Position numbers and translations under genes: made by a program. A DNA stretch of 64,000 nt from Escherichia phage RB49: sequence record NC_005066.1; one strand, written 5' to 3'. Below, in pieces: positions 39,071 through 47,773 of this stretch; position 1 is the first letter of the stretch; every line of letters begins with the position of its first letter. The notes under the pieces are model-generated. The model saw only the letters and a program-made list of their open reading frames with translations, had not been told where the DNA came from and ran no database searches.

Positions 39071-39133
39071 TGTTGATTCTCCTTCTTGATTAGATGGGAG
39101 TATTTTACTACTCCCATTTCATGCTGTCAACTA
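39071..39133 (-). promoter_or_regulatory. early-promoter/stem-loop cassette
   Basis: TTGACA-N17-TAAAAT with GGGAGTAG/TACTCCC inverted repeat. Confidence 0.5.
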
Positions 39134-39607
39134 CTATCTTAATCTTTGTATAAATTGTTTCTTATACTTCTTCGTGATCTCTTCTCTTGTATCCGCGTCA
39201 CAATAATCGAAACCTTCTGCGTCCATAATAGCAACCATCTCCGCGCGTGTCAAGCGTGAAAATCGTTTTACTTTATCAACAGCATATTGAGGATGTAAAT
39301 GATTGTTGGTGTAGTCTCCTTTGATGTAATTAACATAGTTTGTAGCCCAAACAACGAAATCAGCACCTAAAGCACCAACACCAAACCGTTTAAAGTCTCC
39401 GGTCAACGATCCTTCTAGGCGGTTGCAACACGAATGAAGCAATCCCCTTACACGGCCTTGCCCTTTCCCATCTAGATCGTGGTCGTGGTCAAGATGGTTT
39501 TTGCTCATATCCTCAAAAAGTGGCAATTGACAAAGGGGGCAAATGCCCCCCTGTTTTTCGAATAGTTCTTGTTTGTACTCTTTAGCACTCTTAGCAGTCA
39601 GTAACAT
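39134..39607 (-). CDS. 49: endonuclease VII (Holliday junction resolvase)
   Basis: 157 aa from ATG 39605-39607 (MLLTAKSAKEYKQ...); CPLCQ...NHLDHDHDL...RGLLHSCCN zinc site; collinear with T4 Endo VII. Confidence 0.88.
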   Translation of the reverse strand: MLLTAKSAKEYKQELFEKQGGICPLCQLPLFEDMSKNHLDHDHDLDGKGQGRVRGLLHSCCNRLEGSLTGDFKRFGVGALGADFVVWATNYVNYIKGDYTNNHLHPQYAVDKVKRFSRLTRAEMVAIMDAEGFDYCDADTREEITKKYKKQFIQRLR

Positions 39608-39631
39608 AAATTCACCCTCCAAAGAAGGTAT

Positions 39632-39913
39632 TTAACCATTAATCTTGTTTTTGACTACAAAGGATCGGAACTCATCAAAACCACCGATATAATCACCATC
39701 ATAGAAAATCTGCGGCATGGTGGCAATAACTTCTACCCCTGCGCGATCCTGAATATCGGCAATGATAGAATCAATCTTTACCGGACGACCGTTTTCGTCC
39801 ACACCATCATTAACCGGAATGTAGATGTAAGGGATCTTACGCGCTTCACAAAGGCGCTTTGCATTCTGGCAATACTTACAGTTGTAACCTTCAAAACCAA
39901 AAATTTCTACCAT
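39632..39913 (-). CDS. nrdC: glutaredoxin/thioredoxin-like NrdC
   Basis: 93 aa from ATG 39911-39913; CKYC active site, C-terminal MPQIFYDGDYIGGF; adjacent to 49. Confidence 0.7.
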   Translation of the reverse strand: MVEIFGFEGYNCKYCQNAKRLCEARKIPYIYIPVNDGVDENGRPVKIDSIIADIQDRAGVEVIATMPQIFYDGDYIGGFDEFRSFVVKNKING

Positions 39914-39921
39914 GTTATACC

Positions 39922-40734
39922 TCAATCTACGTTAGTTACATAAACTTCTTGCGTATCAGAAGACTTACCACCTGAACGATCTAGGCAATAGGTCTTATTC
40001 AACAGGACGCAGTTTAAATCATTCCGCTTGATAAAGTCAAGAAGATGATCATTTACCTTTCCCTTATGATGCGTGACATTACTGATACCAAACTGAAAAC
40101 CACGCGCCATAATAGATTCTACCCACTGATAGAATTTAATCTCTTCCTCGTCACTCCAGAACTTATTATATTCCGCAGAAGTGACAAGGTACGGCGGGTC
40201 CAAATAAACGAAATCACCTGGCAAGATCTCGATCTCGTCATAACGACCAGACGTAAAACTGATTCGACCGTCTTTGTTTTCTTCCTTAAAATTCAGGACA
40301 CGCTCTACCGCGTTTTCGTTAAAAGTCCGGCGACCAAAATTAGCATTAAATTCGCCCTTCCTGTTATGGCGGTTAATGTTGCTAAAACTGTGCTGAATCA
40401 GAACAAACAGAGATAGCGGATCTGGATTCTCATTATACTTCTTACGGAATGCCATGTAAGCATCTTTATCATCACGAGACAAACCATTTTCGGTAATAAT
40501 ACGCTTGATCGTAGAAACCGGATCAGGACACTCGTCAATCGCTTTGTACGCGTCAATTAAGCGGTGATCATAGTCATTAGCCAGCACATCCCCTTCGACG
40601 TACAGAGACACGCTCAAGCCGCCACAGAAGGCATCAACAAAGCGGTTATAGTGCTTAGGGAAATACTTACTAACACCTGGCAATAACTTTTCCTTATTGC
40701 CAGTATAGGGAATTAAACCTAATGCTTTCTTCAT
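39922..40734 (-). CDS. dam: DNA adenine methyltransferase (Dam, N6-adenine)
   Basis: 270 aa; FxGxG-like FCGGLSV and catalytic DPPY; collinear with T4 Dam. Confidence 0.88.
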   Translation of the reverse strand: MKKALGLIPYTGNKEKLLPGVSKYFPKHYNRFVDAFCGGLSVSLYVEGDVLANDYDHRLIDAYKAIDECPDPVSTIKRIITENGLSRDDKDAYMAFRKKYNENPDPLSLFVLIQHSFSNINRHNRKGEFNANFGRRTFNENAVERVLNFKEENKDGRISFTSGRYDEIEILPGDFVYLDPPYLVTSAEYNKFWSDEEEIKFYQWVESIMARGFQFGISNVTHHKGKVNDHLLDFIKRNDLNCVLLNKTYCLDRSGGKSSDTQEVYVTNVD

Positions 40735-41165
40735 TATCCCTTCCTCAAATAAGTTCGCTCAATCTCTACCAGTTCGAAAAATTCTTGCCAATCACACGGA
40801 AAATTGCAGTTTCCGAAATGATCCTCTTTGTAAAGTTCTTTACCGGATGGCAGCTTAATATCTGTTACGCTGTAGTATCCGCAACAATCGCAATCACCAT
40901 CTGTATATTCTGTTTTGGTAGGAATATCCATCATTGCCAGATACAAAGGTACATCGTCTTGCTCAAAGTTCATGTAACCTTCATGATCGAATGAAACAAA
41001 GTTATCATCGCCACCGAAAGGGATATAATGGTCATAATCGGTTACAGGTTGACCGTGTAATTCCCATTCTACAATTTTAACATTACCGCTAAACTTGATA
41101 CCCATAATTTCAACAAGAAAATGAGTATCGTCAATGTAAATCTTACTAGGGGTTGGATAAACCAT
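40734..41165 (-). CDS. hypothetical protein
   Basis: 143 aa ORF in small-ORF block. Confidence 0.45.
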   Translation of the reverse strand: MVYPTPSKIYIDDTHFLVEIMGIKFSGNVKIVEWELHGQPVTDYDHYIPFGGDDNFVSFDHEGYMNFEQDDVPLYLAMMDIPTKTEYTDGDCDCCGYYSVTDIKLPSGKELYKEDHFGNCNFPCDWQEFFELVEIERTYLRKG

Positions 41166-41175
41166 TATATAATCC

Positions 41176-41472
41176 TCATATCTCAGAGAATAGAATCTCT
41201 GTTAGCTTCACTGACTGCTCTCTGAATGTTAGCGTATACTCGAAAGGAAAGTCAACACCCAACTTCAAAAGAGAATAGCCTACAGCCTCTTTATGCTTAT
41301 CGGTTAGGGCAATCCTAACCAATTCCCGTTGAATCTCTTTAGGCGGTGAATGGATAGTAACACGGGTATCATGCAATGTCCAGTCACCATTACGAATCAA
41401 GATTAACGGTTTATCGTCATTGAAGATCACCGACCCCTTTCCGGTCGGTGAGTGTTTTATACTAATCATCAA
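41176..41472 (-). CDS. hypothetical protein
   Basis: 98 aa ORF. Confidence 0.4.
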   Translation of the reverse strand: MMISIKHSPTGKGSVIFNDDKPLILIRNGDWTLHDTRVTIHSPPKEIQRELVRIALTDKHKEAVGYSLLKLGVDFPFEYTLTFREQSVKLTEILFSEI

Positions 41473-41683
41473 ATTCTAAGAAATATTCTGGAACGATATA
41501 ACCGTTAAAGTCATTACACTTATAAAAATGTGGTGCATTTAATGCTGGATGAGCATTAGTAAAGAGTTTACCCTCTAGAAACAGAATGTAATTAATAGGT
41601 CTAATACCTACAGAATCAGGGTCTAAACCTTTTTCTTTCAGTTCAGCCAGCGTTAAAACTCGTCCAGATCGTAACTTAGCCAT
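41462..41683 (-). CDS. hypothetical protein
   Basis: 73 aa ORF. Confidence 0.4.
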   Translation of the reverse strand: MAKLRSGRVLTLAELKEKGLDPDSVGIRPINYILFLEGKLFTNAHPALNAPHFYKCNDFNGYIVPEYFLEFDD

Positions 41684-41969
41684 GATTTACCCCTAATTCA
41701 TCAAGATTATGTCGCAGCATTTCAGAGTATTTTTCTACTTCCTTGATCTTAGTGTGGATCTCCACGATCTCATCTTCACTATCAGATAGTTTAATGGCAA
41801 TCGCGAGCGTGCTTTTACCAGCTTTCATAGTCTCTTTCCGTTCAACCAATAGATCCGCGTGTTTCAATAGCAATTCTTCACGTCGAACATAAGCGACGGT
41901 CAAAGCCTCGTCAGCAATTTCTAAAGCATTTTCAGCGACACCAACAACCATTTTACGAGTAGACAGCAT
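41676..41969 (-). CDS. hypothetical protein
   Basis: 97 aa ORF. Confidence 0.4.
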   Translation of the reverse strand: MLSTRKMVVGVAENALEIADEALTVAYVRREELLLKHADLLVERKETMKAGKSTLAIAIKLSDSEDEIVEIHTKIKEVEKYSEMLRHNLDELGVNHG

Positions 41970-41983
41970 AAATTCACCTCACA

Positions 41984-42328
41984 TTATTTCACGTTAACGC
42001 CGTCATCAATCCAGCCGACGCTATTTGGTTTAACAGTTTTACCATAGGATGCATACTTAATCAAGCATGGTTTAACATCATTATCAAATCTTCCTAAACG
42101 TACTCCCAAATCAGGAATATCCATGTATGCGGCTTTATATCCCCATGTGCCATATTCAGAATCAATCTCAACCGGACGGCCTTTAAAAGCATACACTACA
42201 CCGTGACGGTCAATGATAACATAGCAATAACCAGCCGGAAGATACACAGTTTCGCCGTAAACTTTAACTGGAGTAGCCGAAGAGATAAACATAATATAAT
42301 CCTCACATCGTTCATTTGATGCGGTCAT
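41984..42328 (-). CDS. hypothetical protein
   Basis: 114 aa ORF. Confidence 0.4.
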   Translation of the reverse strand: MTASNERCEDYIMFISSATPVKVYGETVYLPAGYCYVIIDRHGVVYAFKGRPVEIDSEYGTWGYKAAYMDIPDLGVRLGRFDNDVKPCLIKYASYGKTVKPNSVGWIDDGVNVK

Positions 42329-42362
42329 TATATGATAACCGCATTTTCATGTCAAACAGTTT

Positions 42363-42737
42363 TTAAAAATCTTCTTCCGGTTTATATCGTCCGTCATCAA
42401 CTGGTTTTGGGCTGAATCCGGTATGTTTGCGCGGCTTCGCTTCCGGTTTCCCCGCGATCGATAGTCCAAGCCATTTAAGAAGTTTGTATGAGTAAGCGAT
42501 GATCACAACTACCCACGTTAAAGGCCATACAATAGAACAAATGGCATATGCTCCGGTATCGACCTCTTTGGTGTCCTTATCGAATCTGGCATACAAGCAA
42601 ATTATAAGATAGGTGATCATTGCACCAGTAGGCCAAATATAAAGCACATTAACAATATCTTGTGTTGTCACGTTATCCTCCTTACATGTCTTGCAGTGCA
42701 TAAAAGCATTTTTCTTCGTAGTCATAGAAAATGTCAA
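42363..42737 (-). CDS. predicted membrane protein
   Basis: 124 aa with two hydrophobic helices; start uncertain. Confidence 0.4.
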   Translation of the reverse strand: MTFSMTTKKNAFMHCKTCKEDNVTTQDIVNVLYIWPTGAMITYLIICLYARFDKDTKEVDTGAYAICSIVWPLTWVVVIIAYSYKLLKWLGLSIAGKPEAKPRKHTGFSPKPVDDGRYKPEEDF

Positions 42738-42960
42738 AGTATGCTTTTTCTACATACTCGCCATTGATCCAAGCGGCAGTAACAATCAGAGTAGTCCAGT
42801 TAGACCCGCTCTCAACGGTAAAGGTTTTAATACCCAGCTTCGCTGCCAAGTCGAACGCAAACCGGACGCAACCACGGCAGGAAGTGATATTGGAAGTTTT
42901 GATTTTAAAGCCACCGCGAGTTTTAGAAATTTCTACTTTAGCGAAAGACAGGTTGCTCAT
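42682..42960 (-). CDS. hypothetical protein
   Basis: 92 aa from ATG 42958-42960 (MSNLSF...) directly after cassette RBS. Confidence 0.4.
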   Translation of the reverse strand: MSNLSFAKVEISKTRGGFKIKTSNITSCRGCVRFAFDLAAKLGIKTFTVESGSNWTTLIVTAAWINGEYVEKAYFDIFYDYEEKCFYALQDM

Positions 42961-43039
42961 TTTGATTCTCCTTAAGAAAGTGTGTTTCGTTTTGATGTGT
43001 GTAGTATAGGGGATCACCGATCCCCTGTCAACAACTTTT
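42961..43039 (-). promoter_or_regulatory. early-promoter/stem-loop cassette with palindromic spacer
   Basis: TTGACA-GGGGATCGGTGATCCCC-TATACT. Confidence 0.5.
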
Positions 43040-43369
43040 TTATGATTTTAGTGAATTAACCACTACATCAAAATGATGTACAGAGCACACCTTACGAAAC
43101 ACATATTCATCATGTTTCGGAATCGCCCCCAACCGCTTTATTTCGCTCGCTGACACGATAAACCGTTTATCCGGTGCATTTACCTTATATGCTTCAACAA
43201 CGCACGGAAAACGCGTTTTAGCGAGTTCGGGATAGTTTTCTGACTCCATCAGGACAATGAATACACTATTACATTGATTGTAGAATCCTGTTTTTGATTT
43301 CATCAAGTTTTCTTCTATGTTCAAGTCGTGCAATCTTCCTTTCATGATTTCGTTGGTTCTTGTCTTCAC
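43040..43369 (-). CDS. hypothetical protein
   Basis: 109 aa ORF; start uncertain. Confidence 0.35.
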   Translation of the reverse strand: MKTRTNEIMKGRLHDLNIEENLMKSKTGFYNQCNSVFIVLMESENYPELAKTRFPCVVEAYKVNAPDKRFIVSASEIKRLGAIPKHDEYVFRKVCSVHHFDVVVNSLKS

Positions 43370-43610
43370 AGTTTACCCACTCAACAAGATCTTTACCCAA
43401 CTCGAAAGCCCATTCTCGGTCTTGCTTTACGTTTTGTAGGTATGGACTTTCCGACACTCTACGAAGTGATGTTGTCGTAACAAGAATGATCCCATGAATG
43501 GTCGGATGTTCCTTTCCATATACAATAGGACGCGAGTCACTATCAATACCTTGTAAGAAGGTGTATCCTGAATCACTTAGAATCATATACTTTTTCATTT
43601 CACACATCAC
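43269..43610 (-). CDS. hypothetical protein
   Basis: 113 aa ORF; start uncertain. Confidence 0.35.
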   Translation of the reverse strand: MMCEMKKYMILSDSGYTFLQGIDSDSRPIVYGKEHPTIHGIILVTTTSLRRVSESPYLQNVKQDREWAFELGKDLVEWVNCEDKNQRNHERKIARLEHRRKLDEIKNRILQSM

Positions 43611-43864
43611 AGTTTCCTCAACCAGTTATTAAAGCTAGCAAACCATGATGCTTTTCGTGCTTCTTTTACTTTATGTGCACGAAAACCACTGAAACACCAT
43701 TCATAATCATCACTGAAACATGATTCAACAGGAACACCCGCATTTCGTAGTTCTCTGGTCTTTATCATGAATCCTTGACATAAGGGGCGACCTTCAACAA
43801 TGATAGGAAGTTTAACTTTTTCCATGAAAGTATACCCAGCACGGTCAATAATTTCAATCTTCAT
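43607..43864 (-). CDS. hypothetical protein, MKIEIID paralog 1
   Basis: 85 aa; MKIEIIDRAGYTFMEKVKLPIIVEGR. Confidence 0.45.
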   Translation of the reverse strand: MKIEIIDRAGYTFMEKVKLPIIVEGRPLCQGFMIKTRELRNAGVPVESCFSDDYEWCFSGFRAHKVKEARKASWFASFNNWLRKL

Positions 43865-43882
43865 AATATAATCCTCAATTAG

Positions 43883-44080
43883 TTATACCGCCCAGGCTTC
43901 ATTTGCACGAAAACACCATTCATACTCAGGAAAATAACCTTTAATTGGTACGCCAGCTTTTTGTAGTTCCTGTGTTTCTACAAGATAATCAAGCCCATAA
44001 CGACGACCTTCCACGATGATAGGAAGTTTAACGCCATTCATGAAAGAAAATCCACCGTCATCAATAATTTCAATTTTCAT
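43883..44080 (-). CDS. hypothetical protein, MKIEIID paralog 2
   Basis: 65 aa; MKIEIIDDGGFSFMNGVKLPIIVEGR. Confidence 0.45.
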   Translation of the reverse strand: MKIEIIDDGGFSFMNGVKLPIIVEGRRYGLDYLVETQELQKAGVPIKGYFPEYEWCFRANEAWAV

Positions 44081-44325
44081 TTTACATTATCTCCATAGAT
44101 CTTTCCAGCAATATCAATTTCACCAGCGCGAACATCTAGGATAAGATGCGGTAGGCGTATGCAGTTTTCCCACCCTACTCGCTTCATTTCTGAAACAGTG
44201 ACGTAAGCCCACCCGTTCGCTGTAATAAAGTCTACTTCAACCTTGAGAGGAAAGCAAGACTTTTCTATGTCTTCGAATCCGATAATGTGTTTTGTCGTTG
44301 AATATGGAATATATCCGGTGATCAT
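44077..44325 (-). CDS. hypothetical protein
   Basis: 82 aa ORF. Confidence 0.4.
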   Translation of the reverse strand: MITGYIPYSTTKHIIGFEDIEKSCFPLKVEVDFITANGWAYVTVSEMKRVGWENCIRLPHLILDVRAGEIDIAGKIYGDNVK

Positions 44326-44783
44326 TTTGTGATCTCCTTATACTCAACACACCATAAGCGGGTAGCCCATGATAAACGCTCATAACGCTGGCAGAAATCG
44401 GACCATAGATATTGTGCACCGTTCGGCATAGTTGAAATATGCGTTTTCTCTCCAACTTTCACGAAAGAAGTATTCGATTTTGTGATCTCGACCGGAGTAT
44501 ATCCGAAAGCGGGTTCCAAGCCAACATCTGAACTAAATGCCAATTTAACAGAATTTGTTTTTCTGACCGCTGTCCGGTTTCCTTCTGGGTATAGCACAGC
44601 AGGTTTAGCGCCTAAGCGGATAAACTCAGTATTTTTAATAAACAGAATATCATGATAACCGTCGTATTCCGACACTTCCATAGTAACAGGAAAATCGATA
44701 TGTGCTAAACCTGGTAGATCTCGCATATCATGAAATGTAGCCATCAACTTTTTCATCTTGTATGCCTCACTCTTCTGTTTCAT
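44322..44783 (-). CDS. hypothetical protein
   Basis: 153 aa ORF. Confidence 0.4.
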   Translation of the reverse strand: MKQKSEAYKMKKLMATFHDMRDLPGLAHIDFPVTMEVSEYDGYHDILFIKNTEFIRLGAKPAVLYPEGNRTAVRKTNSVKLAFSSDVGLEPAFGYTPVEITKSNTSFVKVGEKTHISTMPNGAQYLWSDFCQRYERLSWATRLWCVEYKEITK

Positions 44784-45003
44784 TTCTTTTATATGGTACT
44801 ATAACAGGATTAATACAGCAAGCACCAATTACGTTATGAGCACCACAATTTAAACATTTATAGTCATGGAACTTATTAAGGAATCGACCAAACTCATAAC
44901 CGACTAGCGCCGCGTGTACTTGAGTCTCGATCTCATCCATATCAGCCAATGTTTTAACCTTCATAATATAATCCTCAAATTGTAGTTTTGCGAAGATGGT
45001 CAT
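44767..45003 (-). CDS. hypothetical Cys-rich protein
   Basis: 78 aa; CLNCGAHNVIGACC. Confidence 0.4.
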   Translation of the reverse strand: MTIFAKLQFEDYIMKVKTLADMDEIETQVHAALVGYEFGRFLNKFHDYKCLNCGAHNVIGACCINPVIVPYKRNETEE

Positions 45004-45265
45004 TACATGCTTTTAATGCATCGGTCGCGGTGTCATAGCGAGTATTATCATAGCACCAATAACCATCTGTCAACTGATAAATTAATCCATCCTTTTTAGC
45101 TTCGATGAAAGACAATTCTTTGAAAGTTTCTACTTTCTTTGCTGATACTCCACGGTCACGGCGCTTATAGAGTTTAGCTAAAATGCGTTCAGCTTGTTCC
45201 TCTTTATCACCAGACAGATCCCAGATGATGTTTCGGATATGTTTGATTAATTGTTCAGTGGTCAT
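44975..45265 (-). CDS. hypothetical protein
   Basis: 96 aa ORF preceded by cassette RBS. Confidence 0.4.
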   Translation of the reverse strand: MTTEQLIKHIRNIIWDLSGDKEEQAERILAKLYKRRDRGVSAKKVETFKELSFIEAKKDGLIYQLTDGYWCYDNTRYDTATDALKACNDHLRKTTI

Positions 45266-45329
45266 CTTTGATTCTCCTTAGTTGGTATGTGTGCATTATA
45301 GCACTATGATTTTCATTGTCAACAACTAA
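45266..45329 (-). promoter_or_regulatory. early promoter cassette (TTGACA-N16-TATAAT)
   Basis: follows terminator, precedes AAGGAGAATCAA-ATG. Confidence 0.5.
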
Positions 45330-45360
45330 AAACAAAAAGGGCTATCCCGAAGGATAGCCC
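45330..45360 (-). terminator. rho-independent terminator
   Basis: hairpin GGGCTATCC-TTCG-GGATAGCCC followed by U-run on minus strand. Confidence 0.6.
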
Positions 45361-45366
45361 ATAAAA

Positions 45367-46143
45367 TTACACGCGAGCACCGTAGATCGTGCCTACTTTA
45401 TCCCAGCGTGGAGCATTACCAGTAACGGCTTTACCAGCAGCACCACCGTTATATTCTGTACCGTTCCCCTGAGTATTACATCTTCCTCCAGCAGCACCAA
45501 CGTTACCGCCCGCACCGCCTGTATATGCACTAAGAGACCCCTCACCAACAGATCCTTTACCCGGAGCGGAAATGGAGCCAGCGGTTGCACCAGAACCCAT
45601 ATTAGAGGAAGACCCACCAGCACCGAATGGGCGACCACCACCGCCACCAAATACTAGTCGACCCCTGTTACCGCCACCACCACCGCCACCACCGCCAGCG
45701 ATAGCACCGTTATTTGTAATTCGTAGACGTGTACCGATAGCGTTATTGATTGCGTTTCCACCAGCAGCGCCAGCCGCGTTACTACCACCGTTACCCCCAC
45801 GTCCGTAGACAGTCACACCGGAGTTAATGATCAATGTTACATATTCGTTTGTTAACGAGCTAGGGAAGTCAAGACAAGGAACGCCAGTAGATTGGGAAAC
45901 AATATTACCCGTGATAGTAATTACTACCGGAGTAGATCCTTGTGCTTTCATCCAGTTAATAAGAGTGTCTTTATTGTAAGAGTTACTAGCACCAATGCTA
46001 TAATGAATCTCTTTAGAGCGTCCGACCATTGCCGACATATACGCCGGACGACCTAAGCGAACAGCTTGCATTGCGGCGCTCATCCACCGTTGACCAGTCT
46101 CGGACACAGCCGATGATCCGACCCAACCTGCTTTAATTGCCAT
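45367..46143 (-). CDS. glycine-rich protein (N-terminal globular region + Gly/Ala/Asn-rich low-complexity C-terminus)
   Basis: 258 aa; runs such as GGGGGGGGGNRGRLVFGGGGGRPFGAGG; GGN codon run raises local GC. Confidence 0.5.
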   Translation of the reverse strand: MAIKAGWVGSSAVSETGQRWMSAAMQAVRLGRPAYMSAMVGRSKEIHYSIGASNSYNKDTLINWMKAQGSTPVVITITGNIVSQSTGVPCLDFPSSLTNEYVTLIINSGVTVYGRGGNGGSNAAGAAGGNAINNAIGTRLRITNNGAIAGGGGGGGGGNRGRLVFGGGGGRPFGAGGSSSNMGSGATAGSISAPGKGSVGEGSLSAYTGGAGGNVGAAGGRCNTQGNGTEYNGGAAGKAVTGNAPRWDKVGTIYGARV

Positions 46144-46197
46144 AAAGTTTCCTCACAAGAAAAGCCCCAATTAAGGGGCATTGATTGATAATATTAC

Positions 46198-46419
46198 TTA
46201 GATGATCTCTGCTTCACCATTCAGGAAGAAAGACCATGTTTTGTTAGGATAGCGAAGCGCCCATGATTCGGCAGTTTTAACACCAGCTTCGAACAATTGA
46301 CGGCTGGTCACTTTAGCCATACCATCTTCGATGGCAACGTTTTCAATAATCATCGGGTACTTAGCGCCACGCATGAAACCGAAGCCAGCGGAAGACTTGA
46401 TAATTTTAACAGTTGCCAT
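46198..46419 (-). CDS. hypothetical protein, MKIEIID-family paralog 3
   Basis: 73 aa from ATG 46417-46419 (MATVKIIKSSAGFGFMRGAKYPMIIENV). Confidence 0.45.
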   Translation of the reverse strand: MATVKIIKSSAGFGFMRGAKYPMIIENVAIEDGMAKVTSRQLFEAGVKTAESWALRYPNKTWSFFLNGEAEII

Positions 46420-46507
46420 TTTGATTCTCCTAGAAAGTGTATCTCGTTTCGATGGGTGTATTATGCAATAACACCGGATCGCTGTCAACACTTTCTAAGA
46501 AAAATTT
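46420..46507 (-). promoter_or_regulatory. early promoter cassette (TTGACA-N17-CATAAT)
   Basis: conserved leader CACCCATCGAAACGAGATAC then AGGAGAATCAAA-ATG. Confidence 0.5.
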
Positions 46508-46792
46508 TTAAACTAATCGAATATAACCCAGAATTTCAGCACCTTTAGCCAGTTCTAAAACTTCCCATTCAAGGTCTCCGTAGTCATAATTTGCAACCAT
46601 CAACTGACCATTTTTCATGCAGCAATCATGAGAGAAAATTTGCCCCGCATAAACTACGATAGTAATAAACTTTCCTGATTCTGGCGGTGTGGAAGACAAA
46701 GCGACCATATGATCATTCAGCTTAGTCACCAGTGATGGAACAATAAAATTCGGGCTTACCTGAATACCGTTAAATTCGTTTGTGTCTTTCAT
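46508..46792 (-). CDS. hypothetical protein
   Basis: 94 aa ORF. Confidence 0.45.
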   Translation of the reverse strand: MKDTNEFNGIQVSPNFIVPSLVTKLNDHMVALSSTPPESGKFITIVVYAGQIFSHDCCMKNGQLMVANYDYGDLEWEVLELAKGAEILGYIRLV

Positions 46793-47139
46793 GCCATACC
46801 CCTTAAAACACTAATAGCATAATCATGCTGGTTATTCATAATATCAATTGCATTGTGATAACGAGCTAAACCATCAAGGATAAATTCTTGTTTATCCTGT
46901 TTCAGTTTGGTATCACGCGCAGCCATAAGAGCATCAAGAACAGGTCCAAAGTGATTATCTAATTCATCTTCGGTTGCAATGTTTCCTATTGCCTCGTCGA
47001 TCCGTGATTCTAATGCTTGCTTTTCGTTGATCACTTGCTGGGTATATTCCAACACATCAAGAATATCGCGGGTAACGTCGCCATGATAAGGTGTTCCCGC
47101 ATGAAGGTAATCAATTAGTCGTTGAATGTCAATGTTCAT
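46789..47139 (-). CDS. hypothetical protein
   Basis: 116 aa ORF. Confidence 0.45.
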   Translation of the reverse strand: MNIDIQRLIDYLHAGTPYHGDVTRDILDVLEYTQQVINEKQALESRIDEAIGNIATEDELDNHFGPVLDALMAARDTKLKQDKQEFILDGLARYHNAIDIMNNQHDYAISVLRGMA

Positions 47140-47474
47140 TTGTAACCCTCCTCTGAAAGTACATCCCAGATCGTTGAGTCAAGGTGCATTAAATTCCACA
47201 TAATAGAGTCATAACTACCGAAGCCAGAAGTAAAAATTACATCACACTGGCGATAGGTCTTATGAAAATCGGTGGCTGTCTCTGCATCAATAGGCATATC
47301 GTCACCGGAAAGCACCAGACATTTAAGAATCATAACTCTGTTAGCCGTTGGCGCTTGCTTAGTCTTTTCAGCATATTTTTCGATGATCCGTTTTGCCTTT
47401 TCTTCTTTGATACGTCCAGACCAAATCCGGTTTCGGTATTGATTCATAATAATTTCAATCACATCATTTTGCAT
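47136..47474 (-). CDS. hypothetical protein
   Basis: 112 aa ORF. Confidence 0.45.
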   Translation of the reverse strand: MQNDVIEIIMNQYRNRIWSGRIKEEKAKRIIEKYAEKTKQAPTANRVMILKCLVLSGDDMPIDAETATDFHKTYRQCDVIFTSGFGSYDSIMWNLMHLDSTIWDVLSEEGYK

Positions 47475-47509
47475 TCTTCACGGTCTCCATAATTGTTTTG
47501 TAAGCCAGT

Positions 47510-47674
47510 TTAAGATGATTCACCGAAAAACTTTGCGGTGTTACCCTTCGGATCGCGGAGCATGGTTTCTACGATCTCATCGGCAGTAACAATTTCTCCT
47601 TTCTTTGCTGCATGTTCTACCATATACTTCAAAGTTTCTTCGGAAGCAAGTGCTGCGGCTACTGGATTAATCAT
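47510..47674 (-). CDS. small hypothetical protein (54 aa, below cutoff)
   Basis: hand-translated MINPVAAALASEETLKYMVEHAAKKGE...; ATG directly after cassette RBS. Confidence 0.35.
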   Translation of the reverse strand: MINPVAAALASEETLKYMVEHAAKKGEIVTADEIVETMLRDPKGNTAKFFGESS

Positions 47675-47740
47675 TTTGATTCTCCTTTGTTGTCGATGTG
47701 TGCATTATGCTATACTCTATTCCGGTTGTCAACACCTAAA
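47675..47740 (-). promoter_or_regulatory. early promoter cassette (TTGACA-N17-CATAAT)
   Basis: conserved leader and AAGGAGAATCAAA-ATG. Confidence 0.5.
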
Positions 47741-47773
47741 AACGAAAAAGCCACCCTTTCGGATGGCTTTTTG
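47741..47773. terminator. bidirectional rho-independent terminator
   Basis: hairpin AGCCACCC-TTTC-GGATGGCT flanked by A-run and T-run. Confidence 0.6.

Noticed and set aside
45572-45808. Plus-strand proline-rich ORF (PPPPPPP...)
   Set aside because: It is the reverse-complement mirror of the GGN codon run in the minus-strand glycine-rich gene; it has no SD and runs against the strand of every surrounding gene.
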